Positions 16,685-24,444 of a stretch of DNA of 25,886 nt are shown one piece after another. The notes beneath the pieces were generated by a model that saw only the letters and a list, made by a program, of their open reading frames with translations, searched no databases and was not told where the DNA came from. The stretch is from positions 1 to 25,886 of the forward strand of contig CAZLHZ010000003.1 of assembly GCA_964559285.1 (NCBI GenBank), in the 5' to 3' direction. The stretch is from an uncultured Actinomycetes bacterium. GTDB taxonomy: Bacteria; Actinomycetota; Actinomycetes; S36-B12. The translations under genes were made by a program, and so were the position numbers. Within the stretch, counting starts at the first letter, position 1, and every line of letters starts with the position of its first letter.

Positions 16685-17439
16685 CGATGACGAATCCACT
16701 GGAGGCGCAGGAGATCAGTGCGGGATTCGCCGCCACCGAGGTCCTGCATCGCGTGTCCCTGACCCTTCCGCCAGGCCCGAGTGGTGTCGCACTCGTGGGG
16801 GAGAGCGGTTCGGGCAAGTCGACGATGGGTCGAGTGCTGCTCGGCCTGCATGAGCCCACCGCGGGCCGGATCCTCATTGACGGTGTTGATGTCACGCAGA
16901 TGTCAGGTTCGGCCCGTCGCGCGGCACGGCGACACATTCAGCCGGTCTTCCAGGATGGTCTTGAGAGCCTTGACCCCCGGATGCGGATGTCCGCCTGCAT
17001 CGGCGAGGCCATGGCTCACCGCGATCGATCGGAGCGCGACGATCTCATCACCGAGCTCGTCGGTCAGGTCGGTCTCAGCACAGCGCTGCTCAATAGATTC
17101 CCCCATCAGCTCTCCGGTGGTCAACGGCAGCGAGTGGCGCTGGCACGAGCCCTCGCAGCAGAGCCGACGGCGCTTATCCTCGATGAGCCAACGAGCGCCC
17201 TCGATGTGACGGTTCAGCGGCAGGTCCTCGAACTCCTGTCTCGGGTCCAGCGCGAGCGCTCACTGTCGATCCTGCTCATCACGCACAATCTGGCTATCGT
17301 CCCTCAACTGTGCGACGGCGTCATCGTCCTTCGGCGAGGAGAGGTGGTCGAGAGCGGCCCCACCGAGCAGGTGCTCACTGCACCGACGAGTGACTATGCG
17401 AAGGCACTCATTGCTGCCGTCCCCACGCTGCGCATGTGA
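16681..17439 (+). CDS. ABC ATP-binding protein, DppF-type
   Basis: GESGSGKS, FPHQLSGGQRQR, ILDEPTSALD, ITHNL. GTGA overlap (alternative ATG at 16687). Confidence 0.95.
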   Translation: MTMTNPLEAQEISAGFAATEVLHRVSLTLPPGPSGVALVGESGSGKSTMGRVLLGLHEPTAGRILIDGVDVTQMSGSARRAARRHIQPVFQDGLESLDPRMRMSACIGEAMAHRDRSERDDLITELVGQVGLSTALLNRFPHQLSGGQRQRVALARALAAEPTALILDEPTSALDVTVQRQVLELLSRVQRERSLSILLITHNLAIVPQLCDGVIVLRRGEVVESGPTEQVLTAPTSDYAKALIAAVPTLRM

Positions 17440-17454
17440 TCGCATAAATCGCAA

Positions 17455-18903
17455 TCACAGGAATATCACCTCGAGGAACTCCGGCTGCGGGTGCGCATCA
17501 GGCAGGGTGGCACACACGTCGGCTATCGCCTGCGGGGCTGTTATCCCACGATGCCGTACGGAGTACAGCGCTGCCACCGATGGTGTGCGACTCTGTGCCT
17601 GGACACAGTGCAGCAGCACGCGTCGACCCTCAGCACGTAGGGCAGCGACCGCGTCAGCAGCCTCCTGCAGCACGAAGCTCGTGTGCTGATTGCCACCAGC
17701 CCGATCGATGAGCCACACCTCGACATGATCACGATTCATCACCGGCGCGGGTGCATGCTCACTCGCACCGAGTCGGCACAGCGACACAATGGCGTCGACA
17801 CACTCCGGCAGTGAGTGCAGTGCACCGACACCGCCGAGCACGACGTCCGGATCATGCGGATGCACGGCGAGGGCCGTGGTTCCGGCGTAAGGCGAATAAT
17901 CGAAGATCGCACCCGCTGGCCACCCCTGTGGATCGGGAGCACCTCGTGACACCGCCAGCATGCCGACCCTGATGAGATCGCGGGTCCGGTAGCCCGGCCA
18001 CCCGTGGAGGATCCGCTGCCAGCGCAGGGGAATCGCGGTGACACCCCAGCGGGCGCCGAGCAAAGCTCCGGCGATGGCGGCCACCGTGTCCGTGTCATCA
18101 CCGCATCGGACCGCTGCTTCCAGGGTGCGGGCGAGATCCTTGGGACCGTCCTGTGCAACGTGGTGAATGGCAGACCATGCGGCCTGAAGTGCTGCGACAA
18201 CCCAGCCGTTGTGGGGGATCTCGTACGGGAGCAGACGCTCTGCCTCGTCGAGTCTCTCGTGCCACAGTGCTGCTCGATGTGGCGGCAGGGCGTCGACGCC
18301 CAGTCGCACGCCGTCGAAGGTGCCGGTGAGCACCGCATGTGCGATCGCATCGCACCAGATCTGGCAGGCGTCCTCGGCGTCATCACCGGGGTGGGTCAGT
18401 GCGCTCATGGCTCGTGCCGCGTCGCGGCGTCCCTGCGGGTCGTGCAGGAAGGCGAGTGCCACGGGGGAGGTGCGCATGAGCGAGCCGTTGCCCGCACGGC
18501 CGCGCTGCGCGAAGATCTCGGCGGCAACATCAGCCGCTACCTCGGCACGCCGCTCCGCGCGGATGCGCGAGGACCTGAGCACGCTGGCCGTCTGGTTCCC
18601 GACATCTCGTGCCTCGCTCGCCCAGTCGACGAAGCGAGCCACAACGGCATCGCGCGCGGAGACCTCCCTCAGATCCACACCCTGCGCCGCAACATCCGCG
18701 ATGCACAGCGCCATCGAGGTGTCATCGGTCCATTCCCCGGGTGCCCATCCGAACGAACCGCCGCCGACCATCTTGACCGGCTCGCCGTTGATGCGGGCCG
18801 GCTGGAACTCATAGGGAGCACCCAGCGCGTCACCTGCAGCCTGTCCCACGAGAACACCAGCCGCACGATCGCGCTGTACCCCTGTCATCCGCTCCTCAGT
18901 CAT
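17455..18903 (-). CDS. ADP-ribosylglycohydrolase (ARH/DraG family) fused to a C-terminal tyrosine/dual-specificity phosphatase-like domain
   Basis: GDALGAPYE, WTDDTSM, GNGSLMR, GDDTDTVAAIAGALLGA are ARH Mg-site motifs. C-terminal LHCVQAQSRTP (17587-17610) is a CX5R motif. GAGGGG RBS before ATG 18903. Confidence 0.9.
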   Translation of the reverse strand: MTEERMTGVQRDRAAGVLVGQAAGDALGAPYEFQPARINGEPVKMVGGGSFGWAPGEWTDDTSMALCIADVAAQGVDLREVSARDAVVARFVDWASEARDVGNQTASVLRSSRIRAERRAEVAADVAAEIFAQRGRAGNGSLMRTSPVALAFLHDPQGRRDAARAMSALTHPGDDAEDACQIWCDAIAHAVLTGTFDGVRLGVDALPPHRAALWHERLDEAERLLPYEIPHNGWVVAALQAAWSAIHHVAQDGPKDLARTLEAAVRCGDDTDTVAAIAGALLGARWGVTAIPLRWQRILHGWPGYRTRDLIRVGMLAVSRGAPDPQGWPAGAIFDYSPYAGTTALAVHPHDPDVVLGGVGALHSLPECVDAIVSLCRLGASEHAPAPVMNRDHVEVWLIDRAGGNQHTSFVLQEAADAVAALRAEGRRVLLHCVQAQSRTPSVAALYSVRHRGITAPQAIADVCATLPDAHPQPEFLEVIFL

Positions 18904-18926
18904 GGCAACCCCCTCACATCGTGCTG

Positions 18927-19892
18927 CTACGTCCACACTGTCGCTGCGAGCACCTCCGGCACCAGAACCTCGGTCAGCAGCCGCACATCATCCTGATCGT
19001 CCCCGGCCCACCTCACGTCGTACGTTGATGACTCGACCTCACCGCCGATAGCGATGACCGTGCTCTTGCGCTCGCGGACCCACTGTGCCATCTGCGTCTG
19101 CCATCGGGAACCGGCGAAGACCATGAGTCGATAGTCAAGAGTCTTGGTGAGGTAGACATCGACATGACTCCAGTCGCCGCTCTCGCAGCCGACTGCCAGC
19201 CGGCGCGGTCCCTCGCGCAGCATGAGCGCTCCCTGCTGCGCACTCGAGAGGCGATGCGCCGGGGCGGCAAGGAAGGTGCCATCCGGGCCGAGGGCCAACT
19301 CGGCCACGCGCGGCAGCCACGCATCACGCCGAGCAAGGAGGTCCTCGGTCGCGTCCGCCGCCGCCCGGACCGTCGGCACCACCGGAGGGCACGACCCTGG
19401 TGCGAGCTTCTCCTGCAGTGACAGAAGCAGGCCGAGGGTGTGCTGGAAGGAGCGGCAGGCCACACCGCCGGCTTCCACACCGGCCATCATCGGCACCATC
19501 GCATCAACCATGGAGGTCAACTGCGATCCATCGACATTGACCATGCCGAGGATCGGACAGTGGCTGGCGTACCTCGTCAGCGCATCGAGTGTCTCCACGG
19601 ACCCACCGCTGGCGGAGACGGCAATGACCACCGTCGATGGTCGCGGTGCTGGAAGCAGGTCGCTGCTGGCAATCTCGGCGACCGCATCGATGCCTGCCGC
19701 ACGCAGCCGAGCAGCCGCGACAGAGTTCGCATAGTGCGATGAGCCCATCCCGAGCAGCACGATGTGTGACGAGGCCGAGAGCCCGACGCTGGCCGCATCC
19801 GCCCAGGCACGCCCGTCAGCAAGAACCTCCGCGAGTGCACGCAGCGCAGCAGGCTTGGCCTCAAGATCGGCCCGGAAGAGATCACGATCCAT
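18927..19892 (-). CDS. Stand-alone double-SIS sugar-phosphate isomerase/deaminase (GlmS isomerase-domain-like)
   Basis: LLGMGSSHYA, AVSASGGSVET, VACRSFQHT, QGALMLRE, GDWSH. GGAGG RBS before ATG 19892. The upstream part of the ORF-track ORF overlaps the kinase. Confidence 0.85.
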   Translation of the reverse strand: MDRDLFRADLEAKPAALRALAEVLADGRAWADAASVGLSASSHIVLLGMGSSHYANSVAAARLRAAGIDAVAEIASSDLLPAPRPSTVVIAVSASGGSVETLDALTRYASHCPILGMVNVDGSQLTSMVDAMVPMMAGVEAGGVACRSFQHTLGLLLSLQEKLAPGSCPPVVPTVRAAADATEDLLARRDAWLPRVAELALGPDGTFLAAPAHRLSSAQQGALMLREGPRRLAVGCESGDWSHVDVYLTKTLDYRLMVFAGSRWQTQMAQWVRERKSTVIAIGGEVESSTYDVRWAGDDQDDVRLLTEVLVPEVLAATVWT

Positions 19893-21240
19893 GGGCACCT
19901 CCACGGTGACGGGCGATGAGCGCTGGCAGTGCCGCGTCCGGCACGTAGTGCCAATGCGGAAGGTAGCGGCGCGCATAGGCATACTCGCGCAGCTCCTGCT
20001 GGACCTGAAAGGCTGCGGTGAGACGAGCATCGGCAAGCTCGAGCAGTTCGGCGCTCTCCAGTTCCGCGAGGTACGCCGCAAGCAGGACCGATTGACTCCG
20101 GTCAATCCACTGCAGCACAGTCGAGGTCTGATGGTTGTCGAGGTTCTCGGTGCGATGGAGCAGCACACGTCCGACATGGTCGAGCGAGGCCAGCATCGAG
20201 GCGACATCCCGCGCGGGTGGCTGCGGCAGATGCCGTTCCTGCGGTGTCAGCAGCGGTGAGCCATCGAAGTCGACAACGACATAGCGGTCTGGCTCACCTT
20301 GTGCTGAACGGGATCGAAGAACCTGCCCCACGTGATAGTCGCCGTGAATCGCCGTGAGTGTGGTGCCCGTCGCGGCCTCGATGGTCGGCAGGGCTCGGCG
20401 TACCTCAGCCACGAGATCGCCCTCGATCCCTGATGCCGCCAGATCATCCTCGAACCACCGCACCCACGTCCGAACATCGTCATCGGTGGCCGCACGTGTC
20501 CTGCCGCGCGCGAACGCGATGTGCATGCGTGCGGTGATCGCACCGAGTTCCAGCACGGGGGCCAATGCCTGCACCATTGACATCCTGCCCTGGGCCAGTG
20601 TCCGTACGTCATTGACCGCCCACTCCCACCCGTCCTCGGCATCCGGGATGAGGTCGATGATCGTGGCGATCCGGCACATCGTCGGCGGGTCCGCCCCATC
20701 GAGGACGAGGTCGATATCCGCCCAGGGGCGTGGGGCGTGTGTGAATCGCGCCAGGGTCAGCGTCGTCAGTCGCGCGAAGGCCACATCCGCGCCGTCGGCC
20801 GGATGAAGGGTCCACTTCACGAGCGCATGGCGACCGAGGGCGACGAGGTCGTTCGTCTGGTCTGCCTCGATGGCATGCTCATCGGACACCGTGCTCACCG
20901 GCCACCGCTCGGCGTCGTAGACGGTCGTGCGCAATCCGACCACGTGCAGATTCGTGCGCAGGCCCTCGATGAGGCTGCTGCTCGCACCCTCGCCAGCACG
21001 TGCTCGTCGCAGGCGACCGTTCTCGATGACCATGGGACCGGCGTACCGCTCACCACGCGCATCCTCCAGCAGCACGGCGTAGAACGGTCGATCACCCATG
21101 CGGGCCGCACCCAGCACCCGCAGGGGCAGCTCGATCCGCGCGGCCTCATCTCGACGACGCTCGGGAAGCAGCGCAGCGGGGTCAGCGAGGATGAGCGCGG
21201 TCGAGACCTGCTCGATCGCCTGAGTGTCGATGCTGGTCAC
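19882..21240 (-). CDS. Maltokinase-like (APH fold) sugar kinase, probably actinobacterial glucosamine-kinase family
   Basis: DQTN P-loop, LVKW lysine, HGDYHVGQVL, VVDFDG, RDVASMLASL, and C-terminal QELREYAYARRYLPHW. GTGA overlap with the GT stop. Confidence 0.8.
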   Translation of the reverse strand: MTSIDTQAIEQVSTALILADPAALLPERRRDEAARIELPLRVLGAARMGDRPFYAVLLEDARGERYAGPMVIENGRLRRARAGEGASSSLIEGLRTNLHVVGLRTTVYDAERWPVSTVSDEHAIEADQTNDLVALGRHALVKWTLHPADGADVAFARLTTLTLARFTHAPRPWADIDLVLDGADPPTMCRIATIIDLIPDAEDGWEWAVNDVRTLAQGRMSMVQALAPVLELGAITARMHIAFARGRTRAATDDDVRTWVRWFEDDLAASGIEGDLVAEVRRALPTIEAATGTTLTAIHGDYHVGQVLRSRSAQGEPDRYVVVDFDGSPLLTPQERHLPQPPARDVASMLASLDHVGRVLLHRTENLDNHQTSTVLQWIDRSQSVLLAAYLAELESAELLELADARLTAAFQVQQELREYAYARRYLPHWHYVPDAALPALIARHRGGAHGS

Positions 21241-22550
21241 GCGCGGGTGACGTGCTCCCGGCCGACGCGCTCGATGACGTCCGCGCCGGCGCGCAGTCCG
21301 TCGCGGGCTCGGATGGCCGTGCCAATAGCCGACATCCGTGCCCGAAGGCCGGTGTCAGCGAGCAGTCGCTCAACCGCGCCGGTCAACTCCTCGTCAGTGA
21401 ACGCGTAGGTCGCCAGGCGCACTCCGAAGCCGAGTTCATCCATCCGTTGGGCGTTGTCATACTGATCCCAGAACAGCGGCAGCAGGATCATCGGCTTGCC
21501 GAAGTGCATGGCCTCGGTCGTGGTGTTGTTGCCGCCGTGCGTGATGACAAGGTCGACGTGCGGGATGATCGTCGTCTGCGGGAGGAATTGGGCTCCCACC
21601 ATGTTGTCAGCGAGCTGCAGCTGATCGGCCTGTGGACCCATGCTCACGATGTAGCGATGAGGCGTGGTCGCGAGCACGGAGATGAGGCGACGCATCAGGT
21701 CGACGTCCGCACCGCCGAGCGAGCCGAGCGAGAGATAGACAAGAGCACTGCCTGCCGGTCGATTGGCCACCGACTCCGGAATCTCGTAGCGCGCATCTGT
21801 CTCGCGCACACTCGAGTCCATGCGATGCCAGGTGGTATTGAGCGGACGTTGATCGGTGTAGTCGGCCTCAGTGGGATAGACGTAGAGGTTGGCAACTGGT
21901 GACTCATGGATGAAGTCAAGGTCGGCGAGTGCTGGAGCGCCCTGCTGGATCACCCACTCGTTGTACGCCGACCACATGGCCCGATGTGTCCGGTCATACT
22001 CCGCCCGGAAGGCCGCCCATTCGGAACGATCGGCACTCGGCAGGCCACCGAACACGGGCGGAACATCAGCTCCGCGCACCTCCAGCGGATTGCACGACAT
22101 GATGCGCACGAACGGCGCCCCGGAGGTGATGAGGGCGGGGAAGCACACGACGTTGTCCTCGACGATGACGTCGGGGCGCTGGCGCGCGATGATCTCCTTG
22201 AGCTGAGGCTCGCAGTACATCGCCCCGTCGATGAGTGCCTGCCAGGTGGGCTGCACGAACGTGGACAGCTGCTCGACTGTCGGCTTGCGGAACTCCGGCG
22301 ACGTGTCGCGGATGAAGTCGGTCCAGAACTGGCCGGCGTCCTGCTCGGGCGCGTCCGGGGGCGGGGGCGGGGCGAGGTCAACGAGGTCCTCGACAAAGCC
22401 CAGGGGCTCGAGACGTCCGGCCCATGATGCCTCGGCAGCGAACACGACTCGATGGCCCCGGTCGAGGAGGACCTTGCCGATGCCGATGCACTGGTTGGTC
22501 GGTCCGTAGGCCGACTCGGGCATGAACATGATCGTGAGCGGGCGGGTCAT
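21237..22550 (-). CDS. GT1 (MGT/OleD-like) glycosyltransferase
   Basis: RGHRVVFA, LVYLSLGS, FLPQTTIIPHVDLVITHGGNNTTTEAMHFGKPMILLPLFWDQYDNA (UDP-sugar-binding signature). ATGA overlap with the TetR stop. Confidence 0.92.
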   Translation of the reverse strand: MTRPLTIMFMPESAYGPTNQCIGIGKVLLDRGHRVVFAAEASWAGRLEPLGFVEDLVDLAPPPPPDAPEQDAGQFWTDFIRDTSPEFRKPTVEQLSTFVQPTWQALIDGAMYCEPQLKEIIARQRPDVIVEDNVVCFPALITSGAPFVRIMSCNPLEVRGADVPPVFGGLPSADRSEWAAFRAEYDRTHRAMWSAYNEWVIQQGAPALADLDFIHESPVANLYVYPTEADYTDQRPLNTTWHRMDSSVRETDARYEIPESVANRPAGSALVYLSLGSLGGADVDLMRRLISVLATTPHRYIVSMGPQADQLQLADNMVGAQFLPQTTIIPHVDLVITHGGNNTTTEAMHFGKPMILLPLFWDQYDNAQRMDELGFGVRLATYAFTDEELTGAVERLLADTGLRARMSAIGTAIRARDGLRAGADVIERVGREHVTRA

Positions 22551-23152
22551 GTGAGCTCCGTGGGTAGGGGATGGTTCGTGGCCAAGCGGGCGTAGCCAAG
22601 GATGAGCGAGATGGAGGCATCACGGTCGATGACCGGGTGCCCCGCCATGATGCGGTAGCCGTAGGCATCCTCAAGGGCGACGAGGTTTCGCGCGATCGGC
22701 AGTGACTCACCGGCGAGGGTGAAGACTCCCTGGGCCGCTCCGGTCTCGAGGATCATCTGGTAGAGCGCGACCTGCCGGTCGAACAGTGAGGTGAGGAGCA
22801 CGGCGTAGACCGTGTTGCGAGCCGCCTCACCGCCGAGGGCGCAGAGGAGGCGCACCTCCTCATCGTCGGCATCGACGGGCAGGCCCGACATGATCGTGAT
22901 GACGAGACGGCGGGCTGGGTCGGCGATTCCCTCGATTGCCTTGAGCCGGCCGTCGTAGAAGCGCTCCATGCCGGCCCGGTTGGCATCGACGAGGAGATCC
23001 TGCAGATCGGGGTAGTGATAGAGGATCGCGCCCGAGGTCAGACCCGCTTCCTCGGCCACCTGGTGCAGGCGCACCCCTGGACCGTGCTCGGCCATCGCCC
23101 GCTGGGCGGCAGCGATGAGGTGGGAGCGGCGTCCACCCTTCACCCGAGGCAC
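22547..23152 (-). CDS. TetR/AcrR-family regulator (BetI-like C-terminus)
   Basis: RRSHLIAAAQRAMAEHG...LHQVAEEAGLTSGAILYHYPDLQDLL is a TetR HTH. Start placed at GTG 23152 (MPRVK...). GTG 23173 is the alternative. Confidence 0.9.
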   Translation of the reverse strand: MPRVKGGRRSHLIAAAQRAMAEHGPGVRLHQVAEEAGLTSGAILYHYPDLQDLLVDANRAGMERFYDGRLKAIEGIADPARRLVITIMSGLPVDADDEEVRLLCALGGEAARNTVYAVLLTSLFDRQVALYQMILETGAAQGVFTLAGESLPIARNLVALEDAYGYRIMAGHPVIDRDASISLILGYARLATNHPLPTELT

Positions 23153-23159
23153 GGGCGGC

Positions 23160-23165
23160 AGCCTA
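23160..23165 (-). promoter_or_regulatory. -10 element for a leaderless tetR operon transcript
   Basis: TAGGCT on the minus strand, 7 nt upstream of GTG 23152. No RBS. Confidence 0.5.
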
Positions 23166-23248
23166 GCGGCCACCCGGATCGTGCAGGGGGTTTCCTGAAG
23201 GGAGCATCAAGTTGTTGCCGAAATGTGCCATCCCGTGTGGAGGAATCG

Positions 23249-23276
23249 CTTGCATCCCCTTCCACGCGTGTGCAAG
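23249..23276. promoter_or_regulatory. Inverted repeat in the divergent tetR/ABC region (possible operator)
   Basis: CTTGCA-N16-TGCAAG, with an internal CACGCGTG palindrome. Confidence 0.25.
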
Positions 23277-23322
23277 TGTCGCCCGTCGCCGGAACCCCCG
23301 GCCCACTTCAAGGGAGTCATTG

Positions 23323-24435
23323 ATGAGCACTCTCACCCGTTCCCTCCGTCGAGGCAGCCTCGCCGCCGGGATCGCCGTCACCGCCGCGGTGGCGCTGGCT
23401 GCCTGCGGCAGCTCGGGCGGCTCGGCGAAGGCCAGCTTGGATCCCAAGGCTGACCTCACCAAGCAGACCCTCACCATCTCCAACTGGGCGGGCTACTACC
23501 CCGAGGATCTCGCCGACACCGTCAAGGGAGCCTTCGGAACCCCGGTGACGATCACGAACCACGCCACCAACGAGGAGATCATGGCCAAGCTCACCGCCGG
23601 TGGTGACTCGGGCATTGACGTGGCCTTCGTGTCAGGGCAGTACGCGCAGGCACTCAACGCGGCTGGGCTGCTCGAGCCCATCCACGCCGACCTCATTCCG
23701 AACCTGTCGAACCTCTACCCCGAGGCGACGACGCTGCCGTACGACGTGGGCAACACCTACTCCGTTCCCTACGCCTGGGGCACCACGGGAATCTGCTACC
23801 GCAGCGATCTGGTGAGCGGAACTCCGGACAGCTGGAACGCGGTTCTCACGCCGGCTGCGGACACCAAGGGCAAGATCACCGCCCTGTCAACAGAGCGGTG
23901 GCTGGCCCTGCCCGCCCTGAAGGCCCTCGGCTACTCGATCAACACGACGAACGCAGACGAGCTTGCCAAGGCGAAGGAACTCCTCATCGCTGAGAAGCCC
24001 GGCCTTCTGGCGTACGACGACACCACGTTCTACTCGCGGCTGGTGTCGGGTGAGGCGTCCATGGCGGTGGCGTGGGACGGCTGGTGCAACTACGCCATCG
24101 CCGAGGATCCGAACGTGAAGTTCATCGTTCCCGAGGAGGGCAGTGACCTCTGGACGGACACGATGGTGATCCTCAAGACCTCCAAGAACAAGGAGGCCGC
24201 CCACGCGTTCATCAACTTCATCCTCGCCCCGGGGAACCACGGCTGGGTCGCGGAGAACATCCTCTACAAGGTCCCCAACAAGGCGGCCATGGACAAGGTG
24301 GGTGCGGCACTCGCGGAGAGCTTCCCCAACATGGGCATGACCCCCGCGGACCTGCTCAAGCAGGAAGCCATCATCGACCTCGGTGATAAGAGTTCGGAAT
24401 ACACCAAGCTCGCCACCGAAGTCACGTCCAGCTAA
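23323..24435 (+). CDS. PotD/PotF-family ABC substrate-binding lipoprotein
   Basis: AAGGGAG RBS, ATG 23323, lipobox LAAC. NWAGY, TNEEIMAKL, YSVPYAWGTTGI, LGYSINTT, PEEGSDLWTDTMVI, AHAFINFIL align to PotD. Confidence 0.92.
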   Translation: MSTLTRSLRRGSLAAGIAVTAAVALAACGSSGGSAKASLDPKADLTKQTLTISNWAGYYPEDLADTVKGAFGTPVTITNHATNEEIMAKLTAGGDSGIDVAFVSGQYAQALNAAGLLEPIHADLIPNLSNLYPEATTLPYDVGNTYSVPYAWGTTGICYRSDLVSGTPDSWNAVLTPAADTKGKITALSTERWLALPALKALGYSINTTNADELAKAKELLIAEKPGLLAYDDTTFYSRLVSGEASMAVAWDGWCNYAIAEDPNVKFIVPEEGSDLWTDTMVILKTSKNKEAAHAFINFILAPGNHGWVAENILYKVPNKAAMDKVGAALAESFPNMGMTPADLLKQEAIIDLGDKSSEYTKLATEVTSS

Positions 24436-24444
24436 AGGCGATTG

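Noticed and set aside
17455-18903. ARH gene as the antitoxin or immunity part of an ADP-ribosylating toxin or defence system
   Set aside because: No ADP-ribosyltransferase, macrodomain, sirtuin or secretion gene is in the window. It cannot be excluded that a partner lies elsewhere.
18004-18996. 330-aa plus-strand ORF antisense to the ARH gene (likewise 62-724, 456-1190, 2041-2871, 10203-11027 and other overlapping ORFs)
   Set aside because: These are shadow ORFs typical of high-GC DNA. They have no motifs or are Arg/Pro-rich, and each overlaps a well-supported gene.
19893-20207. 105-aa N-terminal extension of the SIS ORF
   Set aside because: It overlaps the kinase gene in another frame and looks non-coding. 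A GGAGG RBS supports ATG 19892.
19882-21240. Trehalose/glycogen-pathway maltokinase (mak/pep2)
   Set aside because: No treS/glgE neighbours, and the C-terminal motif fits glucosamine kinases better.
21237-22550. Macrolide-resistance glycosyltransferase (mgt/oleD)
   Set aside because: The canonical His motif is missing and the context is a kinase/SIS metabolic operon.
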